Program-made: the position numbers and the translations under genes | Shown here: piece by piece, positions 10,130 to 19,461 of the stretch | Numbering within the stretch: the first letter of the stretch is position 1 | Layout: each line of letters starts with the position of its first letter | The notes under the pieces: generated by a model | Databases searched by the model: none | Told to the model about the DNA's origin: nothing | The model's input: the letters and a program-made list of their open reading frames with translations, nothing else | Origin: Treponemataceae bacterium | GTDB taxonomy: Bacteria; Spirochaetota; Spirochaetia; Treponematales; Rectinemataceae | Reading direction: 5' to 3' | DNA: 64,000 bases | NCBI GenBank assembly: GCA_963667725.2 | Contig: CAXXHO010000003.1 | Coordinates: 832,001-896,000, forward strand

Positions 10130-10355
10130 GGACTGTCATTCATATCTATATATCCGATACGCGACTTGGGACGATGTATCTGCTGGTCCCGAAACCGCGG
10201 CGAGGAGGCCATATCTCCTTTTCGCGAACGGGCGGAAGCGAAGCGAGCATACATTGATCGAGATGGTACTCGAGGCATACACATGGGTTTGTTCCCATAC
10301 CTCTCATGATCGGCAGCGGCCGATGGCCGCAAATCTTTCTGAACAGGAGTCTTCT

Positions 10356-11066
10356 ATGCAGAAGCGAATCGGGATTGTACTCGCGATCGCCCTGTTGGCG
10401 CTCACCGCGGTGGGGGCACAGGGCATGTATCTCGGACTTGGGCACGCGTCCAATTTCCGCCTCGGACCGGGCAAAGACAGCACGGGAACGCAGGTATACA
10501 GTTTCAATTTCGTATTTTCCTCCGTCATCTTCGACGCGGCGGGGAAAGTCCTGGATTGCGAATTCGACGCCCTCGAAGTCAGCACGCCTAACTACGACGG
10601 CGCTTCCATGCCCCATTTCGCTGGCTGGCCCGGGAGTCCCGAACCCAACTTCACCGACCACAAGACGGAAAAAGTGGCGGGAAAAGCCCCCACGACCGTC
10701 GAGGCGGTGGCGGCTGACATAAAAGGCTGGAAGACCAAGCGCGATCGCGGCGATGACTACGGGATGAATCCGAGAAACGACTGGTATCATCAGATGGATA
10801 TATACGAGAAACTCTTCGTCGGTAAAACGATGGACGAGATAAATGCCTGGTTTGCCAGGTATTTCAGCGACGTGAACGGCCGCCCTCTCAATCTCGAGAC
10901 GAAGGTTGAGAAAGATATGGCCAAGGTCGCCCTCCTCAATGAGACGGAGAAGGCCATGCTCGTCGACGTGCGAACCGGCGCCACGATGAGCCTGAACGAC
11001 GCCCATGGTCCCTATCTCGCCGCCCTGAAGAGCGCCTGGGAAAACAGGAAACCTTTGGCGAAGTAA
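10356..11066 (+). CDS. Secreted protein with putative FMN-attachment (flavinylation) motif
   Basis: AGGAG RBS, signal peptide ending AVGA, C-terminal VDVRTGATMS resembling the D-x-x-[ST]GA[ST] ApbE target. Confidence 0.65.
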   Translation: MQKRIGIVLAIALLALTAVGAQGMYLGLGHASNFRLGPGKDSTGTQVYSFNFVFSSVIFDAAGKVLDCEFDALEVSTPNYDGASMPHFAGWPGSPEPNFTDHKTEKVAGKAPTTVEAVAADIKGWKTKRDRGDDYGMNPRNDWYHQMDIYEKLFVGKTMDEINAWFARYFSDVNGRPLNLETKVEKDMAKVALLNETEKAMLVDVRTGATMSLNDAHGPYLAALKSAWENRKPLAK

Positions 11067-11123
11067 AAAGCGGAAAGGATGGAGCATCGGGAGTCTGCCT
11101 CGAGTCGAGGCGTCGATGCTGAT

Positions 11124-11165
11124 AAAGGGGCTGCCCGGGAAGCGATTTCCGGCGGCCCCCTTTTT
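11124..11165. terminator. Intrinsic terminator between convergent genes
   Basis: GC stem ggggctgcc...ggcggcccc followed by a T run. Confidence 0.7.
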
Positions 11166-11832
11166 ATAGACCGAGTTTCGGGCAGATGGCTTCCAGGGGG
11201 CAGAGATCCTTTCCACGAAGGCAGGCCGGCGATCGCGCGGTGCAGACGAACTTGCCGTGTCGGTTGAGGGCGTGGGAGAAGGAAGTATGGCATTCTTCGC
11301 CGAGATTCGCGCGGATGATGTCTTCGATATATTCAGGATCTTTTTTTTCGCTGAGCCCCAGCCTGAAAGCCACGCGCATCACATGGGTATCCACGATGAT
11401 GCCTGGCGAACCGAAGCAGGCCGACGATACGAGGTTGGCCGTTTTCCGGCCCACGCCCGGTAGGCGAAGCAGCTCTTCCATCGTTGCTGGTACTTTCCCG
11501 CCGAACTCGGCGACCAGAATGCGCGCCGCGAGCACGAGATGTCTCGCCTTTGTCCTGAAAAAACCTACCGAATGAATGAAGGGTTCTACCTCCTCAGGTT
11601 CGGCGGCGGCAAGCGCGAAGGCGTCGGGATATCTGCCGAAGAGCGCCGGCGTCACGGCGTTCACCTGGTCGTCTGTACATTGAGCGCTCAGTATGACGGC
11701 GCAAAGAAGTTCGAAACAGGAAGAATACTCGAGAAGGGGTTTCGCGTCGGGCCAGAGCGGAACCAGGATTTCCCTGATCTGGGAAATGCGATTTCGCAAG
11801 GCGACGTTTTCGGTTGGAGTCTGTTTTGCCAC
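11164..11832 (-). CDS. nth: Endonuclease III
   Basis: LSAQCTD, HhH LPGVGRKTAN, VDTHV, C-terminal Cys cluster; start (GTG) approximate. Confidence 0.92.
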   Translation of the reverse strand: MAKQTPTENVALRNRISQIREILVPLWPDAKPLLEYSSCFELLCAVILSAQCTDDQVNAVTPALFGRYPDAFALAAAEPEEVEPFIHSVGFFRTKARHLVLAARILVAEFGGKVPATMEELLRLPGVGRKTANLVSSACFGSPGIIVDTHVMRVAFRLGLSEKKDPEYIEDIIRANLGEECHTSFSHALNRHGKFVCTARSPACLRGKDLCPLEAICPKLGL

Positions 11833-11940
11833 GGCCGAAGTATTCCATGGCCGGCCTTCCGGAGTAAAGTCCGGAAACGCCAAAACTTGACCAAGGCGAG
11901 GACGATGATATAGGATGGTGCCGGTTCCCAGGAGAAAAAA

Positions 11941-12882
11941 ATGAATCCCAAGTCCCTGAAAGGTCGTTCCCTTCTTACCTGGATTAATTTTACGCCGGAT
12001 GAAATACGATATTTTCTCGAGCTCACGAAAAAGGTCAAGGCCGAGTCCGAGAAATCCGTGATCCGTCAACGTTTCAGGGGGAAATCCCTCGCCCTGATCT
12101 TCGAAAAACGATCCACGAGGACCAGGGCCGCCTTCGAGACGGCCTTCGGGGAAGAGGGCGGACATCCCGTATTTCTTTCGAAGGAGGACCTCCAGCTGGG
12201 AGCCAAGGAATCCATCGAAGATACGGCGCGGGTCCTGGGCAGGATGTTCGATGCCATCGAATTCCGCGGTTTCAGGCAGGCCGATGTCGAGACCCTCGCT
12301 AAATATTCAGGGGTGCCGGTATACAACGGACTGACGGATTCCTTCCATCCGACCCAGGTTCTCGCGGATTTTTTCACGCTCGAACAAGAGTTCGGCAATT
12401 TCAAGGGCAAGAAGCTTGCTTTTGTCGGCGACGGCCGCAATAATGTCGCTCGGTCACTCATGGTGATTTGTTCCAAGATGGGCGTCCATCTATCGATCAT
12501 CGCCCCGAAGCCGCTCTGGCCCGATTCCGAGCTGAAGGATATATGCCGGACCTTCGCGAGTGAGTCCGACGCCGCCCTGGAGATTACCGAAAGCAAGGAA
12601 GAAGGCGTTCGCGGCGCTTTGGCTGTCTATACCGATGTCTGGACTTCGATGGGGGAGGAAGCGTTCGAGGCCGATAGAGAGGCTATCCTTCAACCCTATA
12701 CGGTGGATTCGAAGCTTATGGACTGCACCGGCGATACGCGCAGCATTTTTCTTCATTGCCTGCCCGCCGTCAAGGGCAAGGAAGTGTCCTTCGATCTCTT
12801 TGAGGGTCCAAGGTCGAGGGTTTTCGAGCAGGCCGAGAACCGGAAGCACGCGATAAAGGCGATTTTGCTGGCTACCCTATGA
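11941..12882 (+). CDS. argF: Ornithine carbamoyltransferase
   Basis: KRSTRTR, HPTQ, DVWTSMG, HCLP, QAENR. Confidence 0.93.
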   Translation: MNPKSLKGRSLLTWINFTPDEIRYFLELTKKVKAESEKSVIRQRFRGKSLALIFEKRSTRTRAAFETAFGEEGGHPVFLSKEDLQLGAKESIEDTARVLGRMFDAIEFRGFRQADVETLAKYSGVPVYNGLTDSFHPTQVLADFFTLEQEFGNFKGKKLAFVGDGRNNVARSLMVICSKMGVHLSIIAPKPLWPDSELKDICRTFASESDAALEITESKEEGVRGALAVYTDVWTSMGEEAFEADREAILQPYTVDSKLMDCTGDTRSIFLHCLPAVKGKEVSFDLFEGPRSRVFEQAENRKHAIKAILLATL

Positions 12883-12913
12883 ACGCATTGAATGGCGGAA
12901 AGGAAAATAATGT

Positions 12914-13900
12914 ATGAAAGAAGTCCCTCAAGGGATTATATGGTTCATTGAAAACCACGATTGCTTCTATGTCCTGGGTCATCGCGAACCCGATGGAGAC
13001 TGCATCGGATCCCAGCTAGCCCTCGCGTCCTTCCTCAAAAGCCTGGGGAAACGCGTGCATGTCCTGTCTTCGGGACCTTTCACGCGTTCGGAAATTCTCC
13101 AGTACGAGCATAAATTCAAGAACGAAGCCCCGCCGGAGCGCGACTACGAAAGAGCCGCTGCCCTTGTCCTTGACTGTTCCTCCATGTCCCGCATCGGCTC
13201 GGTGGGCGAAACCATGCCTAAGGTGCCGATTGCCTTCATCGATCATCATGCCTCGGGCGAAGTCCCCGGCGAATCCGATTATCTCGACCACAGCGCCTCG
13301 GCAGTCACCGCCATGGTATTTCTCCTCATGGAGGCCATGGGACATCAGCCCACGAAAGAAGAAGCCGACCTCCTGTTTTTTGGGCTCTGTACCGACACCG
13401 GCTTTTTCCGTCATCTCGACGAGAGGGGAAGCGCGACCTTCGATGTCGCCGCCCGCCTTGTCCGCGCCGGGGCTTCGCCAAAGCGCACTTTCATGGAGAT
13501 CAACGGCGGCAAAACCATCTTCTCCAGGAAACTTCTGGGCGAGATGCTCACGCGCATCGAATCCCATTATGACGGCAAACTCCTGGTTTCCTACGTGAAT
13601 CTGGACGATCAGCAGCGTTTCGGCCTCGCCAGCAGGGACTCCGACATTCTCTACCAGCTGATGATGAGCGTCGCGACCTGCGAGGCCTGTTTCGTGGTGA
13701 AGCAGGAAGCCGAAAAGCAGTGCACCGTCGGCTTCCGCTCACGGGAGCGGGTCAATGTGGCCGAAATAGCGGCTCGCTTCGGCGGGGGCGGCCATAGGCT
13801 CGCCTCGGGGCTCTCCATCCAGGGAACGATCGATACCGTCATGGAAACGCTCATACGCGCCTTCGAACCCGTGTTCGAAAACTTCAAGGAAGAAAAATAG
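12914..13900 (+). CDS. nrnA: DHH/DHHA1 phosphoesterase (NrnA-like oligoribonuclease/PAP phosphatase)
   Basis: HREPDGD, IDHH, DTGFF, GGGGH. Confidence 0.88.
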   Translation: MKEVPQGIIWFIENHDCFYVLGHREPDGDCIGSQLALASFLKSLGKRVHVLSSGPFTRSEILQYEHKFKNEAPPERDYERAAALVLDCSSMSRIGSVGETMPKVPIAFIDHHASGEVPGESDYLDHSASAVTAMVFLLMEAMGHQPTKEEADLLFFGLCTDTGFFRHLDERGSATFDVAARLVRAGASPKRTFMEINGGKTIFSRKLLGEMLTRIESHYDGKLLVSYVNLDDQQRFGLASRDSDILYQLMMSVATCEACFVVKQEAEKQCTVGFRSRERVNVAEIAARFGGGGHRLASGLSIQGTIDTVMETLIRAFEPVFENFKEEK

Positions 13901-14143
13901 GTTCTGCTTTTCCCTTGCTCGCTGTCATGAACTCGCCTTCCCGGAGCAGGGGAAAGGTAACGGAACGCAACAAAATCATTTTTCATGTTTTTCTTGCTGA
14001 CCGATGGCATTGTGAAGCGCCGGTTTTTGATTTTGCTAGTTTATTTCATCATAAAGATTAATTTCTTGATATCTTAGAATTCCCCAGTCCTTTTACTCTT
14101 TTGGCACTCCTCCTGCATGCATAGTGGCGTGGAGGAATCTACA

Positions 14144-15052
14144 ATGACCACAAGCCTTCTTTCGACCCTCTATCCGGCTGAGCTTGGAGGGGCAAGCCTG
14201 GCTCCTTTCATGGAAGAATTGAGCGCGGCGGAGTCCCTCATCATGTTGAGCCTCGTCATGAAAGTCTTCTCCAATCCCCGGCGTTTCGGATTCGTATCGG
14301 GCGATGAGGCCGCCGAAGCCTTCCTTCGCTATCAGCGGCGGCTGAAATCCATCATAAAGCGAAGCGAGGCCATCGATGGAAGCAAGGATGCATACATAGA
14401 TTCCTGCGTTCGCTATCTCGCGAAGTCGGTACAGCGCTCGCTGCGGAAGAAGGAAATGGTCGACTGCGTGCTCGAGATCGCCGGCGAAACCGGCGCCTGT
14501 CTTTTGACGCAAATGGAAAGCGATCTGGAATCCTTGTCCGTCATGGAGGAAGATGAGCGCAGGTTTATCGGGGGCATAGCGCCTTCGCTTTTTCTTGCCC
14601 GCATGGACGCCGCGGAAAAACGTCTCCTCTATCTCGTCATCAAATGCGCCTGGGAAATGGACGATGAAATGACGGAGAAGGTAGCCAGGCGGCTCGGCCT
14701 GCCGGTTCTGTGGCTATGTTCGATCCTTCACCTGGCCAGATCGTCGCTTGAGCCCTCAAGGCTCTATCTCTCCCGCATTAATGAAAGGATCAACGTTTTG
14801 TGGCTTCGCCTGAGGCTTATAGAAGCGGAACAGCGGGGCGACAATGTCAGGTCCGAGCAGCGGGAAAAGCTCGTACATAGCTCTTCGCAGTGCAGACGGC
14901 GCTATGAAGCCCTCCTTGAGCGAAAATCCCGATTCCGTCTTCTCGTGTCCAACCGGGTGATCGCCGAGATACTGCGCATTCCCAAAGGCTCCGTGGACTC
15001 GGGACTTTTTTACCTTAAGGCCCAACTGCGCGGGAAGCTTGATGAGCGCTGA
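14144..15052 (+). CDS. Hypothetical protein with C-terminal sigma70 region-4-like HTH
   Basis: GGAGG RBS; C-terminal SNRVIAEILRIPKGSVDSGLFYLK. Confidence 0.6.
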   Translation: MTTSLLSTLYPAELGGASLAPFMEELSAAESLIMLSLVMKVFSNPRRFGFVSGDEAAEAFLRYQRRLKSIIKRSEAIDGSKDAYIDSCVRYLAKSVQRSLRKKEMVDCVLEIAGETGACLLTQMESDLESLSVMEEDERRFIGGIAPSLFLARMDAAEKRLLYLVIKCAWEMDDEMTEKVARRLGLPVLWLCSILHLARSSLEPSRLYLSRINERINVLWLRLRLIEAEQRGDNVRSEQREKLVHSSSQCRRRYEALLERKSRFRLLVSNRVIAEILRIPKGSVDSGLFYLKAQLRGKLDER

Positions 15053-15074
15053 ACGGGCAGGGTATTCTCGTTTC

Positions 15075-15677
15075 ATGGATATACTAGTCGCTACATTCAA
15101 CCGACATAAAATCGAGGAATTGGCTCCGCTTTTCCCGACGCACAGGCTATTGAGCCCCGCCGACATGGGGTATTCGGAGATGGAAATCGAGGAAGACGGC
15201 GCCAGCTATTTCGAAAATTCGCTCATAAAGGCCCAAGCCCTCTACGAACTCGCGGGAATGCCGACCTTGGCCGACGATTCGGGGCTTTCCGTGGCGGCTC
15301 TGGACGGCGCTCCAGGCATCTATTCATCCCGATACGGATCAGGCGATGGGCAGGTGAAGCTTTCTTCGGCCGAGCGCAACGATCTTCTTCTCGCGGCGAT
15401 GAATACCGCCGCGGACAGGAACTGCGCTTTCTATTGCTGCCTCGTTTTCCTCTATGGCGATGACAGATTCCTGAGCGTCCAGGAAACCTGTCCCGGCATC
15501 CTTGCCGAGGCGCCGAGGGGCTCGGGCGGTTTCGGCTACGACCCTCTCGTATTTCTTCCGGAACTGGGCAAGACCGTCGCCGAGCTTTCGCCGGAAGAGA
15601 AAAATCTCATCTCCCACCGAGGCAGGGCGGCGAGGAAGCTGAATGCCATCCTCGCTTCCGTGGATTTTTCCCGCTGA
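15075..15677 (+). CDS. rdgB: Non-canonical purine NTP pyrophosphatase (RdgB/HAM1)
   Basis: ATFNRHK, ADDSGL, GFGYDP, SHRGRA. Confidence 0.93.
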   Translation: MDILVATFNRHKIEELAPLFPTHRLLSPADMGYSEMEIEEDGASYFENSLIKAQALYELAGMPTLADDSGLSVAALDGAPGIYSSRYGSGDGQVKLSSAERNDLLLAAMNTAADRNCAFYCCLVFLYGDDRFLSVQETCPGILAEAPRGSGGFGYDPLVFLPELGKTVAELSPEEKNLISHRGRAARKLNAILASVDFSR

Positions 15678-15728
15678 GCTAGGGCAGAAATCGACCCGCG
15701 CGGAGTCCGAGGCTTCCCCGCTGGGCAT

Positions 15729-15767
15729 AAAAAAACCGCGCTGGCCTATGGCCATGCGCGGTTTTTT
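15729..15767. terminator. Bidirectional intrinsic terminator
   Basis: A run-ccgcgc...gcgcgg-T run between convergent rdgB and rpmE. Confidence 0.8.
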
Positions 15768-15784
15768 CATCAGCCGATGAAGCG

Positions 15785-16000
15785 TTATTTCGCTTCGGTG
15801 GCTTTGATACCATACTTGCGGTTGAAGCGCTCGATGCGTCCCGCGGTGTCTACGAGCTTCTGTTTTCCGGTAAAGAAGGGGTGGCAAGCGGAACAAATTT
15901 CCACTTGGATGCTCTTTACCGTCGAACGGGTCTCGATAACATTGCCGCAGACGCAAGTGATGGTTGCATTCTCGTACTTGGGGTGAATTCCATCTTTCAT
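15785..16000 (-). CDS. rpmE: 50S ribosomal protein L31 (Zn-binding type)
   Basis: [12 protein letters not shown]...[10 protein letters not shown]. Confidence 0.97.
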   Translation of the reverse strand: MKDGIHPKYENATITCVCGNVIETRSTVKSIQVEICSACHPFFTGKQKLVDTAGRIERFNRKYGIKATEAK

Positions 16001-16078
16001 ATCGTTCCTCCACTGCGTCGCCTGGCTAACAATGCCTGAAAACCGGCCATTGTGACGGCGATTGAATATTGCCGGACT

Positions 16079-16107
16079 ATTATACTCCCAAAAAACCGAA
16101 ACGTCTA
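16079..16107 (-). promoter_or_regulatory. rpmE promoter
   Basis: TAGACG-N17-TATAAT. Confidence 0.6.
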
Positions 16108-17898
16108 TCAGTCGCCGCTTGAGTAAGACGGACCGCTCATCGATTTCAGGAAGGCCTCATTATTCTTGGTTTTCGTCATCCTGTCAATCAGGAGCTCGAT
16201 GATGTCGGAGTCGTCCATAGGGTTTATGACCCTGCGGAGCACCCAGATTTTCTGGAGTTCCTCGTCGGTGAGGAGAATTTCCTCCTTCCTGGTGCCGGAT
16301 TTCTTGATGTTGATGGCCGGGAACAGCCTTTTATCGGAAAGGCGCCTGTCCAGATTGATCTCCATGTTGCCGGTGCCCTTGAATTCCTCGAAGATTACCT
16401 CATCCATGCGGCTTCCGGTGTCGATAAGCGCCGTCGCTATGATGGTGAGGGAGCCGCCCTGCTCGATGTTGCGCGCCGCGCCGAAGAAACGCTTCGGCTT
16501 GTGCAGGGCGTTGGAGTCGACGCCTCCCGACAGTATCTTGCCTGATGTGGGCACGGTCTGGTTGTAGGCGCGGGCGAGCCTGGTGATGGAGTCGAGGAGG
16601 ATGACCACGTCGCGTCCGTGTTCCACCAGCCGTTTGGCTTTTTCCAGCACCATTTCGGCTACCTGCACATGGCGTGTGGCCTGCTCGTCGAAGGTCGAGG
16701 ATATGACCTCGGCCTGTACCGAGCGCTCCATGTCGGTGACTTCCTCGGGACGCTCATCGATGAGGAGGACGATGAGATAGACCTCGGGATGATTCGTCGT
16801 GATCGCGTTGGCGATTTTCTGGAGCAACACGGTTTTTCCGGTCTTGGGCGGCGACACGATGAGGGCGCGCTGGCCTTTTCCTATCGGGCAGAATAGGTTG
16901 ATGATGCGCGTGGAAAGCTCTTCGGAGCTGGTCTCGAGGTCTAGTTTATGGTTTGGATAGAGCGGCGTGAGGTTCTCGAAGGGAATGCGGTTCTGCGCCA
17001 CGGCCGGTTCGTCGAAGTTGACGAGCTCTATGCGGAGCATGGCGAAGAAGCGCTCTCCTTCCTTGGGGCTCCGAATCTGGCCGTAGACCGTGTCGCCCGT
17101 TTTCAGGTTGAAAAGGCGTATCTGGGAAGGGGAAATGTAGATATCGTCGGTGCCTGAAAGGTAAGAATTCTGCGGAGAACGGAGGAAGCCATAGCCGTCG
17201 GGAAGTATTTCCAAGGAGCCATAGGCGTAGATGATGCCGCCCTTATCCGTGTGGGATTTCAGGATATAGAAAATCAGTTCCTGTTTTCTGAGGGCGATGA
17301 GCTCGTCGTGGTTGATGCCGTATTTCGAACCGAGATCCCTCAGCTCCTTGATGCCCATTTTCGACAAGTCGTTGATAAGCAGCCGCGCCCTCGAATCCGT
17401 GTGTTCCTGTTTCCCGTTCTCATGCTGTCTTTCGTTGATAAGTCTGTCGAAAGATTCCTGCTTGCGCACGAATCCATTTCTCGTTTCGCGCTCGAGAGCG
17501 GCCGCCGTCGCCACGTCTATGGTTGGATTGACGCCTTCCGTCTCGGGGGAGATGGCGGGGGAAGCCTGCGCGAAGGCCGATGCCTGCGATGAAGCCTCAG
17601 CGGGCTGTCCCTGCTCGTAGCTCTGATGCGCGGGCAAGTCGTTCCCTCGGGCGAATCCCGCCGCTTGAACAGGCTTGCGCCTGAGTTTGATCTTTTTCGT
17701 GCCCTTGCCCGCGGAAGGTTGGCCGCCTGTGTTTTCCCTGGCTGGCGCTTCGGTCTGCGAGGCTGGAGTCACCGTTTCTGTTTCCCCAAAAAGGGAAGGG
17801 GCTTGGTCGGGGTTCTGAATGGTGGGTTCAGTTTCCGTTTCTTCCATCTGATCCTTCTTTTGATTTTCATGTATACGAGTTTTTCCGAAAATTGCCAT
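16108..17898 (-). CDS. rho: Transcription termination factor Rho with long N-terminal extension
   Basis: [41 protein letters not shown]. Confidence 0.97.
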   Translation of the reverse strand: MAIFGKTRIHENQKKDQMEETETEPTIQNPDQAPSLFGETETVTPASQTEAPARENTGGQPSAGKGTKKIKLRRKPVQAAGFARGNDLPAHQSYEQGQPAEASSQASAFAQASPAISPETEGVNPTIDVATAAALERETRNGFVRKQESFDRLINERQHENGKQEHTDSRARLLINDLSKMGIKELRDLGSKYGINHDELIALRKQELIFYILKSHTDKGGIIYAYGSLEILPDGYGFLRSPQNSYLSGTDDIYISPSQIRLFNLKTGDTVYGQIRSPKEGERFFAMLRIELVNFDEPAVAQNRIPFENLTPLYPNHKLDLETSSEELSTRIINLFCPIGKGQRALIVSPPKTGKTVLLQKIANAITTNHPEVYLIVLLIDERPEEVTDMERSVQAEVISSTFDEQATRHVQVAEMVLEKAKRLVEHGRDVVILLDSITRLARAYNQTVPTSGKILSGGVDSNALHKPKRFFGAARNIEQGGSLTIIATALIDTGSRMDEVIFEEFKGTGNMEINLDRRLSDKRLFPAINIKKSGTRKEEILLTDEELQKIWVLRRVINPMDDSDIIELLIDRMTKTKNNEAFLKSMSGPSYSSGD

Positions 17899-18078
17899 CA
17901 AAAACTCCGTTATAAGCACATATCGCACGTGCCTGACAGGGCTGTCAGGCCGTTCTTCTTTTCATTGTTTGTCTATGGATTCATGTATGCAGTGAATTCC
18001 GGCATTGGAACACCCAAAGCCGGGAAAGGCACCTGCCCAATTTTTTTCTCGGTATGGCAGAGCCGAACTGTCACGTCT

Positions 18079-18107
18079 ACTATAGTATTCACGGTCCGAT
18101 CTGTCAA
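18079..18107 (-). promoter_or_regulatory. rho promoter
   Basis: TTGACA-N17-TATAGT. Confidence 0.7.
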
Positions 18108-18460
18108 TCGCCGATTCCGGGCATTCGAATCCGCCCCTCAAAGTGCGAGGTTTCGGCGATGCTGATGTTGGGCGTCTCTATCACGGCGCTGACGTTGGCC
18201 ATGTCGCAGATTTCCACAAAAGTCTCGGCCCGGATCTCGCCGCTGAACCTGCCGGAGATGGACAATGACTTGGCCGCAAGTTTGCACGACTCCACGATCG
18301 CTTCCTTGTCAATCGTGATGTGGGAGGAAGAAGCTATGGATCCTGAGTAGTTGCCTTTGATAAGGAGGCTGTTGTCGGTTATCAAATCACCTTCCATTTT
18401 TATGTGGGCGCTCAATTCGGTCGAATGTAGAAGCGGTTTTTTTTTTCGTTTTGTTGACAT
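18104..18460 (-). CDS. Bactofilin (polymer-forming cytoskeletal protein)
   Basis: Repeated beta-helix pattern (MEGDL, IKGNYSGSI, ISGRFSGEI, FEGRIRM); position between hbb and rho. Confidence 0.8.
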   Translation of the reverse strand: MSTKRKKKPLLHSTELSAHIKMEGDLITDNSLLIKGNYSGSIASSSHITIDKEAIVESCKLAAKSLSISGRFSGEIRAETFVEICDMANVSAVIETPNISIAETSHFEGRIRMPGIGD

Positions 18461-18596
18461 GCGAAAAATAGTTGCATGGCTGAATGAAGCTGTCAATTTA
18501 AAAAAAGCGAAAACATCGCGGTTTTCGCTTTTTTTACCTTAATAGCCCAATTCCTCATATTCCTGTTATGGTCTATGGAGTCTTTTCGCCGTGGTT

Positions 18597-18938
18597 TTAG
18601 GGTTTTTTAAACGTTCTGGAGATGATGGCGGCATCCATCTCCCATGCGGATTTCTTGAGTTCGCGACCAGGTCTGAACCCGGCGACGCCGTGGTCCTGAA
18701 CCGATACGATTTCACCGGTTTTCGGATTTCTAGCCTTGGTCCTGCCTTTTCGAAGCTTGACTTCAAATGTGCCAAAACCGCGCAGCTCAACGGTTCTGCC
18801 ACTGAGAATAGCTCCTTTTATCTCCGAAAAAAGGCCATCGATAAGCTCGTGTATCTCTTTTCGAGTGGTCTTGCTCGAAGGAGAGAGGGTAGCGTAGAGC
18901 GCATCGATTAACTCGGCCTTGGTAAGTTTTTCAGCCAT
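18597..18938 (-). CDS. HU/IHF-family DNA-binding protein (Hbb-like)
   Basis: TKAELID, VELRGFGTF, ARNPKTGE, FRPGRELK. Confidence 0.92.
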   Translation of the reverse strand: MAEKLTKAELIDALYATLSPSSKTTRKEIHELIDGLFSEIKGAILSGRTVELRGFGTFEVKLRKGRTKARNPKTGEIVSVQDHGVAGFRPGRELKKSAWEMDAAIISRTFKKP

Positions 18939-19023
18939 TTTGCTTCTACTCCAATGATCCAAAATACCAGCGATGCTTTGCACCGACTGAAGAATTTCCT
19001 GATATGCTCAGTAGCGCGTTGGT

Positions 19024-19293
19024 TCAGACACCGAGTCTATTGACGAGCTTCTGCATCCTGGATTTCTTGCGAGCCGCCGTGTTTTTCTTCACGATGCCCT
19101 TGCCCGCGGCGGTATCGATGCGCTTGATCATTTCAAGGAGCGCTTCTTTCGCGGCTGTTGTATCTTTTTTCTCAGAAGCGGTAACAACCTTCTTGGCAGC
19201 GGTGCGGATGGCGCTTTTCACACCCTTGTTCTTTATGCGGCGTTTTTCGTCCTGTCGCATTCTCTTCTCAGCGGACAGATTCTTCGTGCTCAA
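19024..19293 (-). CDS. rpsT: 30S ribosomal protein S20
   Basis: SAEKRMRQ, KGIVKKNTAARKKSR; TTG start. Confidence 0.96.
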   Translation of the reverse strand: MSTKNLSAEKRMRQDEKRRIKNKGVKSAIRTAAKKVVTASEKKDTTAAKEALLEMIKRIDTAAGKGIVKKNTAARKKSRMQKLVNRLGV

Positions 19294-19359
19294 AGGGAGT
19301 CCTCCCGGGATGATGCTCGATTCATAACGAATCGGTATTGTCAGTTAATTCGACTAGGA

Positions 19360-19388
19360 AAACTACCAGAGAGGACCGAGTATGTCAA
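19360..19388 (-). promoter_or_regulatory. rpsT promoter
   Basis: TTGACA-N17-TAGTTT. Confidence 0.6.
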
Positions 19389-19461
19389 GACTGCAATTGA
19401 CTCCCTCGGCGCAATCTGATTAAATAGGATAACGAATTAGCCTGTATCCAGAGAAACCATA

